This document shows positions 30,344 through 38,723 of a DNA stretch of 64,000 nucleotides, piece after piece; positions within the stretch are counted from its first letter, which is position 1, and every line of letters begins with the position of its first letter. The notes under the pieces are model-generated. The model saw only the letters and a program-made list of their open reading frames with translations, did not search any database and was not told the DNA's origin. Where the stretch lies: NCBI GenBank assembly GCA_017616015.1, contig JAFZYY010000019.1, positions 486-64,485 on the forward strand. Direction: 5' to 3'. The DNA comes from Alphaproteobacteria bacterium (lineage in GTDB: Bacteria > Pseudomonadota > Alphaproteobacteria > CAAGCB01 > CAG-977). Both the position numbers and the translations under genes were made by a program.

Positions 30344-31894
30344 TTATTCGGCAAGCTTTGAAATATTTTCGTTTTCGGCAAGCGTGATAATGCGGTTTTG
30401 AACGGCGGGCAAGCCTTTGTCGTTGACTTTCGTTCCGGTAAAGAAAATACCGCAATGTTCGCCCTGATGAACAAGTTTGCTTTGTACCAGTAAACGCAAG
30501 CCGGCCAAAGCCGAGCTACCGACGAGGGATAAATCAATGCCCGTTTTTTCCAAAGCCAGTTCCTGCGCTTTTTTCAGTTCGTCCGGCGAAGTGATTAAAG
30601 GCAGGCCGCCTGAAATAATCATGTGGCGGATAATTTCCAGTCCGTCGTATGTTTTATTGTCCATCGGCGCGCCGAGCGAGTTTTCTTCCGATATCCAGAC
30701 TTTGAAAAATTCGTTGCGCTTTTTCCCGACTTCAATGAAAACGGCTTCCATATCATCGCGGATTTTCGGATACATTTCCGCAATCAGTTCGGCGGTCATT
30801 TTGATTTGTCTGAGGTTGTTTTCCAGCAAATCCTTTGCGTCAAAAGAGCTTTCCAACAACATGGCCAATTCCGGCGGCAACGTTACGACACCGCCGCGTC
30901 CCAATTCGCGCAGAACCAGGAAATAGCTTTGCGCCAAAGGATAGCAGTCTGTCGTTTGACACGTGTACAGACGCGGCAGTTTGCGGATAATATCCAGACT
31001 CTTGAACAAAGAGTTGGCGCTGGCGACGGCGTTGGCCAGACTGCCTCCGCCGACCTGAACCACCTGAACGTCCAACGGCGTGTCAATCAGGTATTGATTG
31101 AACAAAAATTCGTATTCCATCGTTTCGGCGCCTTCGACGGCGGACCAAAGGTCGTGCCCGTACGACGTCAGCGGAGACCAATCAAATTTTTTCAGCGCTT
31201 CCTGATAACGCTGACGGCAAAGCGCCAGATCCGTTTCCCGCGTTTCGCTGGCGACTTTAACGACGGTTGTTCCCAAATTGGTTAAAACGGAAACGATGTC
31301 TTCTTCAATTCGTTCGGGAACAAAAGCGTATAATTTATAACCGGCGGCGCCGGCAACGGCGGCGGCTTCCGTTATCGCGTTGCCCTGAGAATAAATCGCC
31401 AATGTTTTCTTTGCGGCGGCCGGATCATCGCTGATTTCACGCAATGTTTCCAGATGCATGATGACTCCGGCGAAGTGGCGGGATTTATGTGATCCCATCA
31501 GTTGCAACGTTTCGTTTTTAACGAAAAGGGAGCCTTTGGGCAAATCAATTGCCTGTGCCAGATCGTCCGCCTGCAGTTCAGGCGTGCGAATAAAGCCGCG
31601 GCCTGTCATTCTTTCGCACGCGTCGGACAACGCCAGAACGCGTTCCACCCACCACGACGCTTTGCCGTGCTTGGCGGCTAGCTGATAGCTGGCCATAAAT
31701 TCGCGGAAAACGCTGAACGGCAGTTTCTTATCGTTCCAACGTTTGGTCAAAGTCGTCGGAAAAACGCGCGCCAATTCGGAAGGATCTTCCCGTTTGATTA
31801 AAGGGTGTATGCCGTCTTCCGTGCTTTCGGGACAAAAGAGGGCGTTCGTTTCCAACGGATATTCTTTATCGCAGACAGGGCAATACAAATGCAT
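30344..31894 (-). CDS. PLP-dependent fold-type II enzyme (tryptophan-synthase-beta/threonine-synthase superfamily) with N-terminal Cys-x2-Cys zinc ribbon
   Basis: MHLYCPVCDKEY...FCPE ribbon. PLP-lysine context NETLQLMGSHKSRH. ATG at 31894 is preceded by aggaagga. The listed start at 31915 is TTG. Confidence 0.6.
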   Translation of the reverse strand: MHLYCPVCDKEYPLETNALFCPESTEDGIHPLIKREDPSELARVFPTTLTKRWNDKKLPFSVFREFMASYQLAAKHGKASWWVERVLALSDACERMTGRGFIRTPELQADDLAQAIDLPKGSLFVKNETLQLMGSHKSRHFAGVIMHLETLREISDDPAAAKKTLAIYSQGNAITEAAAVAGAAGYKLYAFVPERIEEDIVSVLTNLGTTVVKVASETRETDLALCRQRYQEALKKFDWSPLTSYGHDLWSAVEGAETMEYEFLFNQYLIDTPLDVQVVQVGGGSLANAVASANSLFKSLDIIRKLPRLYTCQTTDCYPLAQSYFLVLRELGRGGVVTLPPELAMLLESSFDAKDLLENNLRQIKMTAELIAEMYPKIRDDMEAVFIEVGKKRNEFFKVWISEENSLGAPMDNKTYDGLEIIRHMIISGGLPLITSPDELKKAQELALEKTGIDLSLVGSSALAGLRLLVQSKLVHQGEHCGIFFTGTKVNDKGLPAVQNRIITLAENENISKLAE

Positions 31895-31987
31895 TTCCGA
31901 CAATCCTTCCTTCAAGAACCATTTTTTCGATTTTACACTATACTGTTTTTTTGCAGAATATAAAGTTTTTTTTCATCTTAAAAAAGG

Positions 31988-32022
31988 AAAACCCCGCTTT
32001 CCTATCCGAAAAGCGGGGGGCT
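31988..32022 (-). terminator. rho-independent terminator downstream of flbT
   Basis: ccccgctttcc...gaaaagcgggg hairpin followed, on the minus strand, by a T-run. Confidence 0.55.
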
Positions 32023-32035
32023 TTCGCGGGAAAAA

Positions 32036-32428
32036 TTATTTTCCTTTGGCGCGTTCCAACAATTCGGCTTCTTTTTCAATCAAAGCCATCATGTGTTTTA
32101 ACGCGGAATAGTAATCTCCGCTCAGAATGTCGTTGTTCAGTTCGTCTATTGCGGGAGCAAAACTGGGCGCCGCTTTCGTGATTTCCGAAATGCGTGCGAA
32201 GTATTCCGGGTGCAGAATTTTAGGATCTTTTGCCAGATACATTTCCTGCAAAACGTAATAAACTTTTTTGCACGGCGTGTCGGCTTCCTTTTCCGTCAGG
32301 ACGTATTTTTCCCGCAAAATGGGAACATTACCCTCAATAAACAGTTTGACGCGTTCTTTGTCATTTGTAATCAGGGCATTGCCTACGATCAGACGTTCCC
32401 CGGGTTTTAATTCGATTTTTAACGGCAT
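32036..32428 (-). CDS. flbT: flagellin synthesis regulator FlbT
   Basis: N-terminus MPLKIELKPGERLIVGNALITNDKERVKLFIEGNVPILREK matches the Caulobacter FlbT N-terminus (MPLKLSLKPGEKFV...). 130 aa. Confidence 0.75.
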   Translation of the reverse strand: MPLKIELKPGERLIVGNALITNDKERVKLFIEGNVPILREKYVLTEKEADTPCKKVYYVLQEMYLAKDPKILHPEYFARISEITKAAPSFAPAIDELNNDILSGDYYSALKHMMALIEKEAELLERAKGK

Positions 32429-32444
32429 GAGAATTCCTCAGTAA

Positions 32445-33881
32445 TTAAAACAAAGATAAAACGCTGGCGTTTGTATCCATTGTAATGCTTATCACATTAT
32501 TTACCAACTCTTTTTGTGTGTTGGTGACTAAAAGTTCAATCGAAACTTCGTTCAGATCGGCTTCCGTCAGCATTGCGGCGCCGTTTAAACAAGTGTCGGA
32601 CATGATTTCCAAAAAGCTGTCGCGCGACTGAACCATGGCTTGGGCACTGTCAAATTTGCTGGTCGCCTGACGAACCTGATAAATAGCGTTTTGAATTTCG
32701 TCCAGCGCGGCCTGAATATCGTCGTCGCTCTGCCAATCTGCGACGGCATTTTGCAGCCCTAAAGAATCCGTATCCAGCCTGACGCCGTGAATGGTGCGCA
32801 TCGCGCTGCCTTTTTCGTTAAAAATAGCGCGAATGGAATCGCCTTCCAGCAGGTTTAATCCGTTAAAACTGCTGTCTTTAACGATGTCGTTTATTTGCTT
32901 AAGAAATTCATTGTATTGGTCGGCGTAGATTTTTTTTGTATTGGTACCGCCGTCATCAAATCCGCTTAATCCGAAAGAGTCTGCGGTTTCTCCGGTTAAA
33001 TCGGCAATGATCAGGTCTTCACCGTAAAGCGAAGAAATTTCCAAATGTCCCTTGCTGTTAACGGCGGCCGAGATGCCTTCTATATCAGAAAAAGCTTCGG
33101 CCAGTTGCGATACCGTCATATTTTCCTCGATCGTGATTTTGTATGTCGAGGATAAATCAAATCCGAACGCGCCGGTCAGACTGCTTTCTTCTATCATAAT
33201 AGGGCTGCGATCCTTGGTGAAAAGCGTCAGTTTTTGATCCGTAATGTCAAAATCAAAAATGCCGGAAGGCGTCTGTTCGTAAATCTGGCCGAAAAAGTCG
33301 GTCACTTTCATCGTTTCGTCCGTAACGGTCAGAGTAATCCAATCGTTTTCGCCGATTTTGATTTTCATTTCTTCTCCCTCAACAATATTTAAATCGGCTA
33401 AAGTGGTGTCCCGTTCTATGGCAAACTGCGATTCCACTTTATCGGCGTCGCCGGTGCGGAGCAGAATTTCATCGCCGGAATTGACGCCCGGCAGATTGGA
33501 AAGCGATTCTTTCGGCGTGACCGTGAAGTTTTTACCGGTCAGCATGGTCAGGTAGTTGTTTCCGTCCATGGCGGAATTGGCCGCCGCTTTCGCGTGATTT
33601 AACAAATTTGTGATTGTATCCAGAGAATCGCTTGTCGATGAAAGCATGGAAACAATGTTGGTCAGGCCGTCCATAACGCTGTTTAATTCCTGTGCCCGTT
33701 CGCTTAAACGCATATCTTTGAAAAAGAGCGTCGAATTGTCGTAAGACGTATTGACTTTTTTCCCCGTCGTCAGCGCGATCGAATTTTTGTCGTGAGCTTT
33801 CGTCAGCGCTTTCGACTGCAGCAATGCCGTCTGAATAGAGGTCGTCGTCGGGATCGTCAGATTGTAAGGCATTGTTTTCAT
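32445..33881 (-). CDS. highly divergent flagellin-family protein (flagellin or hook-associated FlgL-like)
   Basis: Flagellin-like N-terminal helix pattern (ALLQSKAL...LTTGKKVNTSYDNSTLFF...ELNSVMDGL...) and C-terminal helix (...LNEVSIELLVTNTQKELVNNVISI...VLSLF). The middle is variable. SD aaggag upstream. Confidence 0.6.
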   Translation of the reverse strand: MKTMPYNLTIPTTTSIQTALLQSKALTKAHDKNSIALTTGKKVNTSYDNSTLFFKDMRLSERAQELNSVMDGLTNIVSMLSSTSDSLDTITNLLNHAKAAANSAMDGNNYLTMLTGKNFTVTPKESLSNLPGVNSGDEILLRTGDADKVESQFAIERDTTLADLNIVEGEEMKIKIGENDWITLTVTDETMKVTDFFGQIYEQTPSGIFDFDITDQKLTLFTKDRSPIMIEESSLTGAFGFDLSSTYKITIEENMTVSQLAEAFSDIEGISAAVNSKGHLEISSLYGEDLIIADLTGETADSFGLSGFDDGGTNTKKIYADQYNEFLKQINDIVKDSSFNGLNLLEGDSIRAIFNEKGSAMRTIHGVRLDTDSLGLQNAVADWQSDDDIQAALDEIQNAIYQVRQATSKFDSAQAMVQSRDSFLEIMSDTCLNGAAMLTEADLNEVSIELLVTNTQKELVNNVISITMDTNASVLSLF

Positions 33882-33983
33882 GGTGATTCTCCTTCAACTC
33901 GGAAAAGATACACGTATGCATCTGATTTTAAGATAACATAAAAAAAGAGCGTTGAAAACAAAAAAATGTAAATTTTTCAATAT

Positions 33984-34010
33984 ATTAGTAGGCAAAAATT
34001 GCCTACTAAT
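33984..34010. repeat. perfect 12-bp-arm palindrome attagtaggcaa-aaa-ttgcctactaat
   Basis: Read directly from the sequence. It overlaps the stop of the transglutaminase gene and lies about 100 nt upstream of the flagellin start. Candidate terminator and/or operator. Confidence 0.7.
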
Positions 34011-34890
34011 CCGTTATCGGACAAACGGCGACGTCAACTTTGACGGTATGATTGCCGCCGCCGGTCATAATTCCTTTGACGGGACTCATATCGTCAAAAT
34101 CGCGTCCCCAGCCGATGGTCAGATGTTCCGATTGTATGTACATATTGTTCGTCGGATCCAAATCCACCCAACCGAAGTCGGGAACGTAAACCGAAAACCA
34201 GGCGTGAGAAGCGTCTCCGCCGATCGTTTCCCGATTGTTTTCGTGGTGATGCGTGCGAATGTAGCCGCTGACATATCGGGCGGCCAGACCAAAACTGCGC
34301 AGGCAGGCAATGCCGACATGAGCAAAGTCCTGACAAACGCCCCGTTTCATTGCCAGAGTTTCGTTAATCGGCGTGGCAATGCTGGTTGCCGCGGGATCGT
34401 ATTTGAAGTCCTGATAGATTCGGCGCATGATTTCTTCGGCGGCTTCCAGAATCGGGCGGTCGGGTAAAATGGAAGAAGCTGCGTATTCCCGGATTTCGGA
34501 CGTTATCGGAATAAAACGCGAAGGATTGGTCATTTCGCTGGCTTCCAACAACTCCGGCGTATCAGGAGACAACAGGCGCGCCGCCGTTTCTGCGCACGAA
34601 AGCGTCCGGGAAGGATCCGGATAAACGGGCGCCGTGATTTCGGCTGTAAATTCAGATGTAATTATCATTTCGTCGTGCGCGGCTTCCACAATGAAAAAGG
34701 AAGCTGTGTTGCCGAATGCGTCTGTTTCCGTTTGTTCGAATGTCGGTTCCGGCATTACCGAAATATTGGCGGAAATGACGTTTTGGCAGGGCGTTTTTCT
34801 CGGTTTCAGGCGAGCCAAATGGTGCGACAGCGTGACAGGACAGCTGTAATTGTAAACGGTTTTATGGCAAACCCGATAAGAAACGGTCAT
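34006..34890 (-). CDS. transglutaminase-like cysteine protease domain protein
   Basis: Cys-His-Asp triad context: RGVCQDFAHVGIACLR, SHAWFSVYVPDFGWVDLDPTN. Confidence 0.8.
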   Translation of the reverse strand: MTVSYRVCHKTVYNYSCPVTLSHHLARLKPRKTPCQNVISANISVMPEPTFEQTETDAFGNTASFFIVEAAHDEMIITSEFTAEITAPVYPDPSRTLSCAETAARLLSPDTPELLEASEMTNPSRFIPITSEIREYAASSILPDRPILEAAEEIMRRIYQDFKYDPAATSIATPINETLAMKRGVCQDFAHVGIACLRSFGLAARYVSGYIRTHHHENNRETIGGDASHAWFSVYVPDFGWVDLDPTNNMYIQSEHLTIGWGRDFDDMSPVKGIMTGGGNHTVKVDVAVCPITD

Positions 34891-37316
34891 TTCATTTTTC
34901 CTTTGTTATAAGCCGGTCCCTGACGTGTCGAATCCGCATGGACGAAACAAGAGAGAGTCAATGTGTCCGAAAATTCCTGCAGTCGCGCGCGCAAAGGATC
35001 GATAATTGCGCTGAAAACAGGTGTGACGGCGCTTGTTTCTGTTTGATTCGCCAAAGTCATGATGTCAATTTCTTTGATTTGCGGAATGATTCTTTCCAGA
35101 ATGGACAATTCTTTGGAAAACAGGTTCGGTATGCGGCTTTCTTTTTTCAGAACGGAAATGTTTTGTCTTAATTTCAGAACCTGATAAATCAAAGCGCGCG
35201 GATTGCCGTCGTCGCAGACCAGCAGGTCAAAAACCAAAGGAACGGTCGGAACAGCCATGTAACGCGCGCGATATGTCATGCGGCTGTCCAGGGCTTCCAG
35301 GATTGTTTCCAAAGAAGCATTGAAGCCGCTTTGCGCGCAATACGCAATGCCGGATACCAGATTCAGAATCTGCATGCCTCTTTCCAATCGCCGGCCGATT
35401 TCCAGAAAGCGCCAGCTGTGATCGCGAGTCATATCTTCGCGAATCAGTCCGCTGAGCGCGTTTTGCCGCAGGATCAGTCCGTTCAGACGGTTAAGCAAAA
35501 TGTGGTGATTCGCGTTTTTTTCAGGCAGCAAAGGCAACAATTCCGTGAATAATTCCCAGGTATCCATGGATAAGCGATCGTGAAGCGTGTCCGCCATTTC
35601 TTTCAGCCGGGAAAACAGGAAGTGCAGACCGAAGCCGTACTCGGGCGAAACAATGATTTCCCGCAGAGCTTTCAGCGCCTCTTTCTGAACGTCCGGATTT
35701 TGATATTCCTTAAAAGGCAGGTATCCCGTCAGCGCCAGAACGGACAGAAGCGTGGCTTCATCGTCCGAAGCGTGAATTTCGGGGCCTTCCGTCAGGCGTT
35801 CTATCGCAAGGCGCAGCAAACGGGCAAGCTGTTCGCTTCTTTCCAAATTCCGTCCCAGCCAGAACATGTTGTCCGCGATGCGGGAGGTCAGTTCGAATGT
35901 TTTTCGGACAGGCTTTATCGTAAAAACGCTTTGAGCCGGGCGTTCTTTACTTTTTTCCGTCTGCGCGCCGACAATCCATATATCGCGCAAATCCGCCGCC
36001 GCCTGTGTAAAAGCCAGACCGCCCGTCAGCACGCGATATGTCCCGTTTTCGTAGATTAAGTGAAAACGCAGACGAACACGGGCGGGAACAAGCCGGCCGT
36101 TCTGCAGAACGGGCGTCAAAGAAGCGTTTACGCTTTCCTGAGCGGTGAAGTTTTCGGGGTGCTCTTTTATTTCTTCGGGATTCGGAGTTACCCTTTTGCC
36201 GTGCAAATCATAGATTTTCAGTTCGGACAAATGTTCCAGAACGTAAGCTTTTTCAGCTGATTGTCCGCACCACCAGGCCGCAATGCTCGGCAAAAGCAAT
36301 TCCCGATCGTTAAAGAACCGGTTGATTCCGTGTATGAAAGCTTTTAACGCGGGAATTTCGGCTACTCCCGATCCCAGCGGGTTGACCAGAGCGACATTGC
36401 CTTTCCTGACAACTTCTGTCAGTCCCGCGACGCCGCATAAAGACGAACCGTTTAATTCCAACGGGTCGCACAACGCATCGTCAATCTTTCGCAAAATAAC
36501 GTCGACGGGTTTTAATTCGTCAATATTCTTTAAATAGACGCGATTACCGCGCACGGTCAGATCGGCCGGATCCGCGACGCTGATTCCCAGCCCGCGGGCA
36601 AAGAAAGCTTCTTCGAAGGAAAGCTTTTTTTTGACCGATCCGCTGAGCAGAACAATCAGCGGGATTTTATTGTCTTTAATTGTAGCGCAGTCGAATAAAT
36701 GGCGCCGCATCGTTTCAAAAAAGTCGGATATTCTTGCCGGCGCCGCTTGTTCGTAAATATCGGGCATGACACGGGAAAGCGCTTGTCTGTTTTTGATTGC
36801 CAGACCGACGCCTTCAGGCGTTTGCGTTTTGTCCGATACGACCCAGAACCGCCCGTCCGGCGCGCGTTCCACATCAACGGCGTATTCCTGCAGAAAAACA
36901 CCGTTCGCCGGCCGTACGTTTTTCAAAGCGGGCAGATAAGCCGGATTGCCGAAAAGAACGGCGGGCGGCAAAACGCCTTGCGTAATCAGTTTCTGTTCTC
37001 CGTAAAGATCGGCCAGTGTTTTATTAATCAGTTCTGCGCGCTGAATCAGTCCGGCGCAGAGCGTTTTAAATTCTTCATAAGGCAGAATGAACGGAATGAC
37101 GCCGTGGGTGTTTTGCTGATTCGCGGCGGCGGTCAGCAGATCGGCGCTCATCAGTCGCGCGGTTTGATCGGCATAAGAAAAAATTTTTTCTTTTCCTTCC
37201 CGATCAAGGGCGTTGAAAAAATTGCGCCAGTGCGATCGAAGCTTTCCGTCTTCGGTCATCAGTTCGTTGTAACCGCCCGTTTCGCAAGTCGCGGGATAAG
37301 AAAAAGGAAAAGACAT
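34887..37316 (-). CDS. fused circularly permuted type-2 ATP-grasp (DUF404/407-like) plus alpha-E (DUF403-like) domain protein
   Basis: N-terminal half matches the CP ATP-grasp family (HWRNFF...IPFILPYEEFKTLCAGLIQRAELINKTLADLYG). C-terminal ADNMFWLGRNLERSEQLARLLRL matches the alpha-E signature. ATG at 37316 has an SD agagga. Overlaps the transglutaminase gene by 4 nt. Confidence 0.7.
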   Translation of the reverse strand: MSFPFSYPATCETGGYNELMTEDGKLRSHWRNFFNALDREGKEKIFSYADQTARLMSADLLTAAANQQNTHGVIPFILPYEEFKTLCAGLIQRAELINKTLADLYGEQKLITQGVLPPAVLFGNPAYLPALKNVRPANGVFLQEYAVDVERAPDGRFWVVSDKTQTPEGVGLAIKNRQALSRVMPDIYEQAAPARISDFFETMRRHLFDCATIKDNKIPLIVLLSGSVKKKLSFEEAFFARGLGISVADPADLTVRGNRVYLKNIDELKPVDVILRKIDDALCDPLELNGSSLCGVAGLTEVVRKGNVALVNPLGSGVAEIPALKAFIHGINRFFNDRELLLPSIAAWWCGQSAEKAYVLEHLSELKIYDLHGKRVTPNPEEIKEHPENFTAQESVNASLTPVLQNGRLVPARVRLRFHLIYENGTYRVLTGGLAFTQAAADLRDIWIVGAQTEKSKERPAQSVFTIKPVRKTFELTSRIADNMFWLGRNLERSEQLARLLRLAIERLTEGPEIHASDDEATLLSVLALTGYLPFKEYQNPDVQKEALKALREIIVSPEYGFGLHFLFSRLKEMADTLHDRLSMDTWELFTELLPLLPEKNANHHILLNRLNGLILRQNALSGLIREDMTRDHSWRFLEIGRRLERGMQILNLVSGIAYCAQSGFNASLETILEALDSRMTYRARYMAVPTVPLVFDLLVCDDGNPRALIYQVLKLRQNISVLKKESRIPNLFSKELSILERIIPQIKEIDIMTLANQTETSAVTPVFSAIIDPLRARLQEFSDTLTLSCFVHADSTRQGPAYNKGKMK

Positions 37317-37415
37317 GAACAAATATCCTCTGAGAGTTTTTATTTTTTTAAGGCAAAAAAAATAAAAGGTCGTTAAAATTGATTTGGCTTTTGATTTTTT
37401 TATGAAAGAAAAAAA

Positions 37416-38183
37416 ATGACAAAACAAAAAATCCTGACGTTTTTTCTGATGGTTTTGCCTTTCGGAACGGGCGTTTCTTTTATGCGCTGTTTTATGAAAA
37501 ACAACGCGAGCGCATGGGCGGGATTTTTATTGGCGGCGGGGATTGTTTCCGTTCTTGTCGCGGGCTTTTTCCCGAAAACGCGCAAGAGCGTTCTGGAAAC
37601 CGCGGTAAAGCTTCAGCCTCTGGCCGCCGTCGTTTTTACGGCGTCGTTTGTTTTGTCTTTTCTGCCGTATTCAATGATGTGGCCGCAGCTGTTTTCCGTT
37701 TTGGTTTTGAATACGGTTTGCCTTTGTATGGCGTTTGATAAAATGTCCGGTTCCAAACGCAGTTTGCTTTTCGGGTTGCTCGGCAGTGCCGTGCTAATCG
37801 GAGCTTGTCCCGTATTTTTCGGACAAACGGGCATCGTTTACATCGGCTTTGTTTTGTTGTCGTTGCTTTGCCGGCCGGTCGCGGCGAAAAAAAACGTGCG
37901 GGAAATATGGAAGGATATAGCTTTCCCTTTGTTTGTTTTGGTGGGATCTTTTGTTTTGTTCATCGCCGCCAATCACGGCGAAGCTTTGCCCGTAGTTATC
38001 GCTCAATCCGTCGTTATGCTGATGATCGGCGGATTATTGGCACTGCCGTCTTCGTCTTTGAGATTAACCTTGATGACAATCGTTCTGATGATTTTCGGCA
38101 GTTACGTCTTTTCGGCGCAAAACGCGGAGTCCGTCTTTAACCGTTCGGGTCAGTCGCTGACTCGGATAGAGCGGCTGTTTTGA
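37416..38183 (+). CDS. polytopic inner-membrane protein, unknown function
   Basis: 255 aa, with 6 or more hydrophobic segments. Confidence 0.5.
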   Translation: MTKQKILTFFLMVLPFGTGVSFMRCFMKNNASAWAGFLLAAGIVSVLVAGFFPKTRKSVLETAVKLQPLAAVVFTASFVLSFLPYSMMWPQLFSVLVLNTVCLCMAFDKMSGSKRSLLFGLLGSAVLIGACPVFFGQTGIVYIGFVLLSLLCRPVAAKKNVREIWKDIAFPLFVLVGSFVLFIAANHGEALPVVIAQSVVMLMIGGLLALPSSSLRLTLMTIVLMIFGSYVFSAQNAESVFNRSGQSLTRIERLF

Positions 38184-38665
38184 TCGGATTTTCTGAAATC
38201 CGCCGGCATTTGAAAATCTTCACACCCCCAAATCCCCTTTTTTCCCCGGATAGCTTTTGCTTCTTCCAAGAGAAGAGCTTCGTTGCTTTTTGAAATAACG
38301 ACAGCCATGCCGGCGCGAACCATCAGAGTGTTCAAACTTGTTTTTTCGCTGCCGGCCGTTATAAAACATTCGGCAAGCAGACGGCCGTAGACATCGCGAC
38401 CCGAGGGGACGCAGGAAACAGTACTTGAACCGATGAAGTCGGCTAAAGCTTTTTTGGCTTGAATGCCGCAGTTTGTTTTTTCTCCGCCGCATGTGCAGGT
38501 TTGCTTTATTTCCGGCGCGTCAACGGCGCTGAACCGGATTTTTTCCCTTCCGAGAATCAAAGTGTCTCCGTCCACAACGATTTGCCGCGTGCCAATTTTG
38601 TGCGAAATGAAAAAAGCCGCCGCCAGAACGGCCAAATATTTTATGAATGATTTCAGTCTGGTCAT
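38150..38665 (-). CDS. secreted staphylococcal-nuclease-like (SNase/thermonuclease) protein
   Basis: Signal peptide, then IVVDGDTLILGREKIRFSAVDAPE (SNase Ca-site/catalytic motif). Confidence 0.7.
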   Translation of the reverse strand: MTRLKSFIKYLAVLAAAFFISHKIGTRQIVVDGDTLILGREKIRFSAVDAPEIKQTCTCGGEKTNCGIQAKKALADFIGSSTVSCVPSGRDVYGRLLAECFITAGSEKTSLNTLMVRAGMAVVISKSNEALLLEEAKAIRGKKGIWGCEDFQMPADFRKSDQNSRSIRVSD

Positions 38666-38723
38666 TATCGTTGTTTTTGGTTATGATGTTTCCGATTTGA
38701 ATCAGAACACGGGGGACAACCGA

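Noticed and set aside
30623-31285. 220-aa plus-strand ORF inside the PLP-enzyme gene
   Set aside because: Arg-rich antisense artefact.
33952-34467. 171-aa plus-strand ORF overlapping the transglutaminase gene
   Set aside because: Antisense to a gene with a clear Cys-His-Asp transglutaminase core. No RBS.
38463-38723. N-terminal 87-codon extension of the alpha-2-macroglobulin ORF
   Set aside because: It reads through the intergenic region and the 3' end of the convergent nuclease gene. The signal peptide begins at the ATG at 38724.
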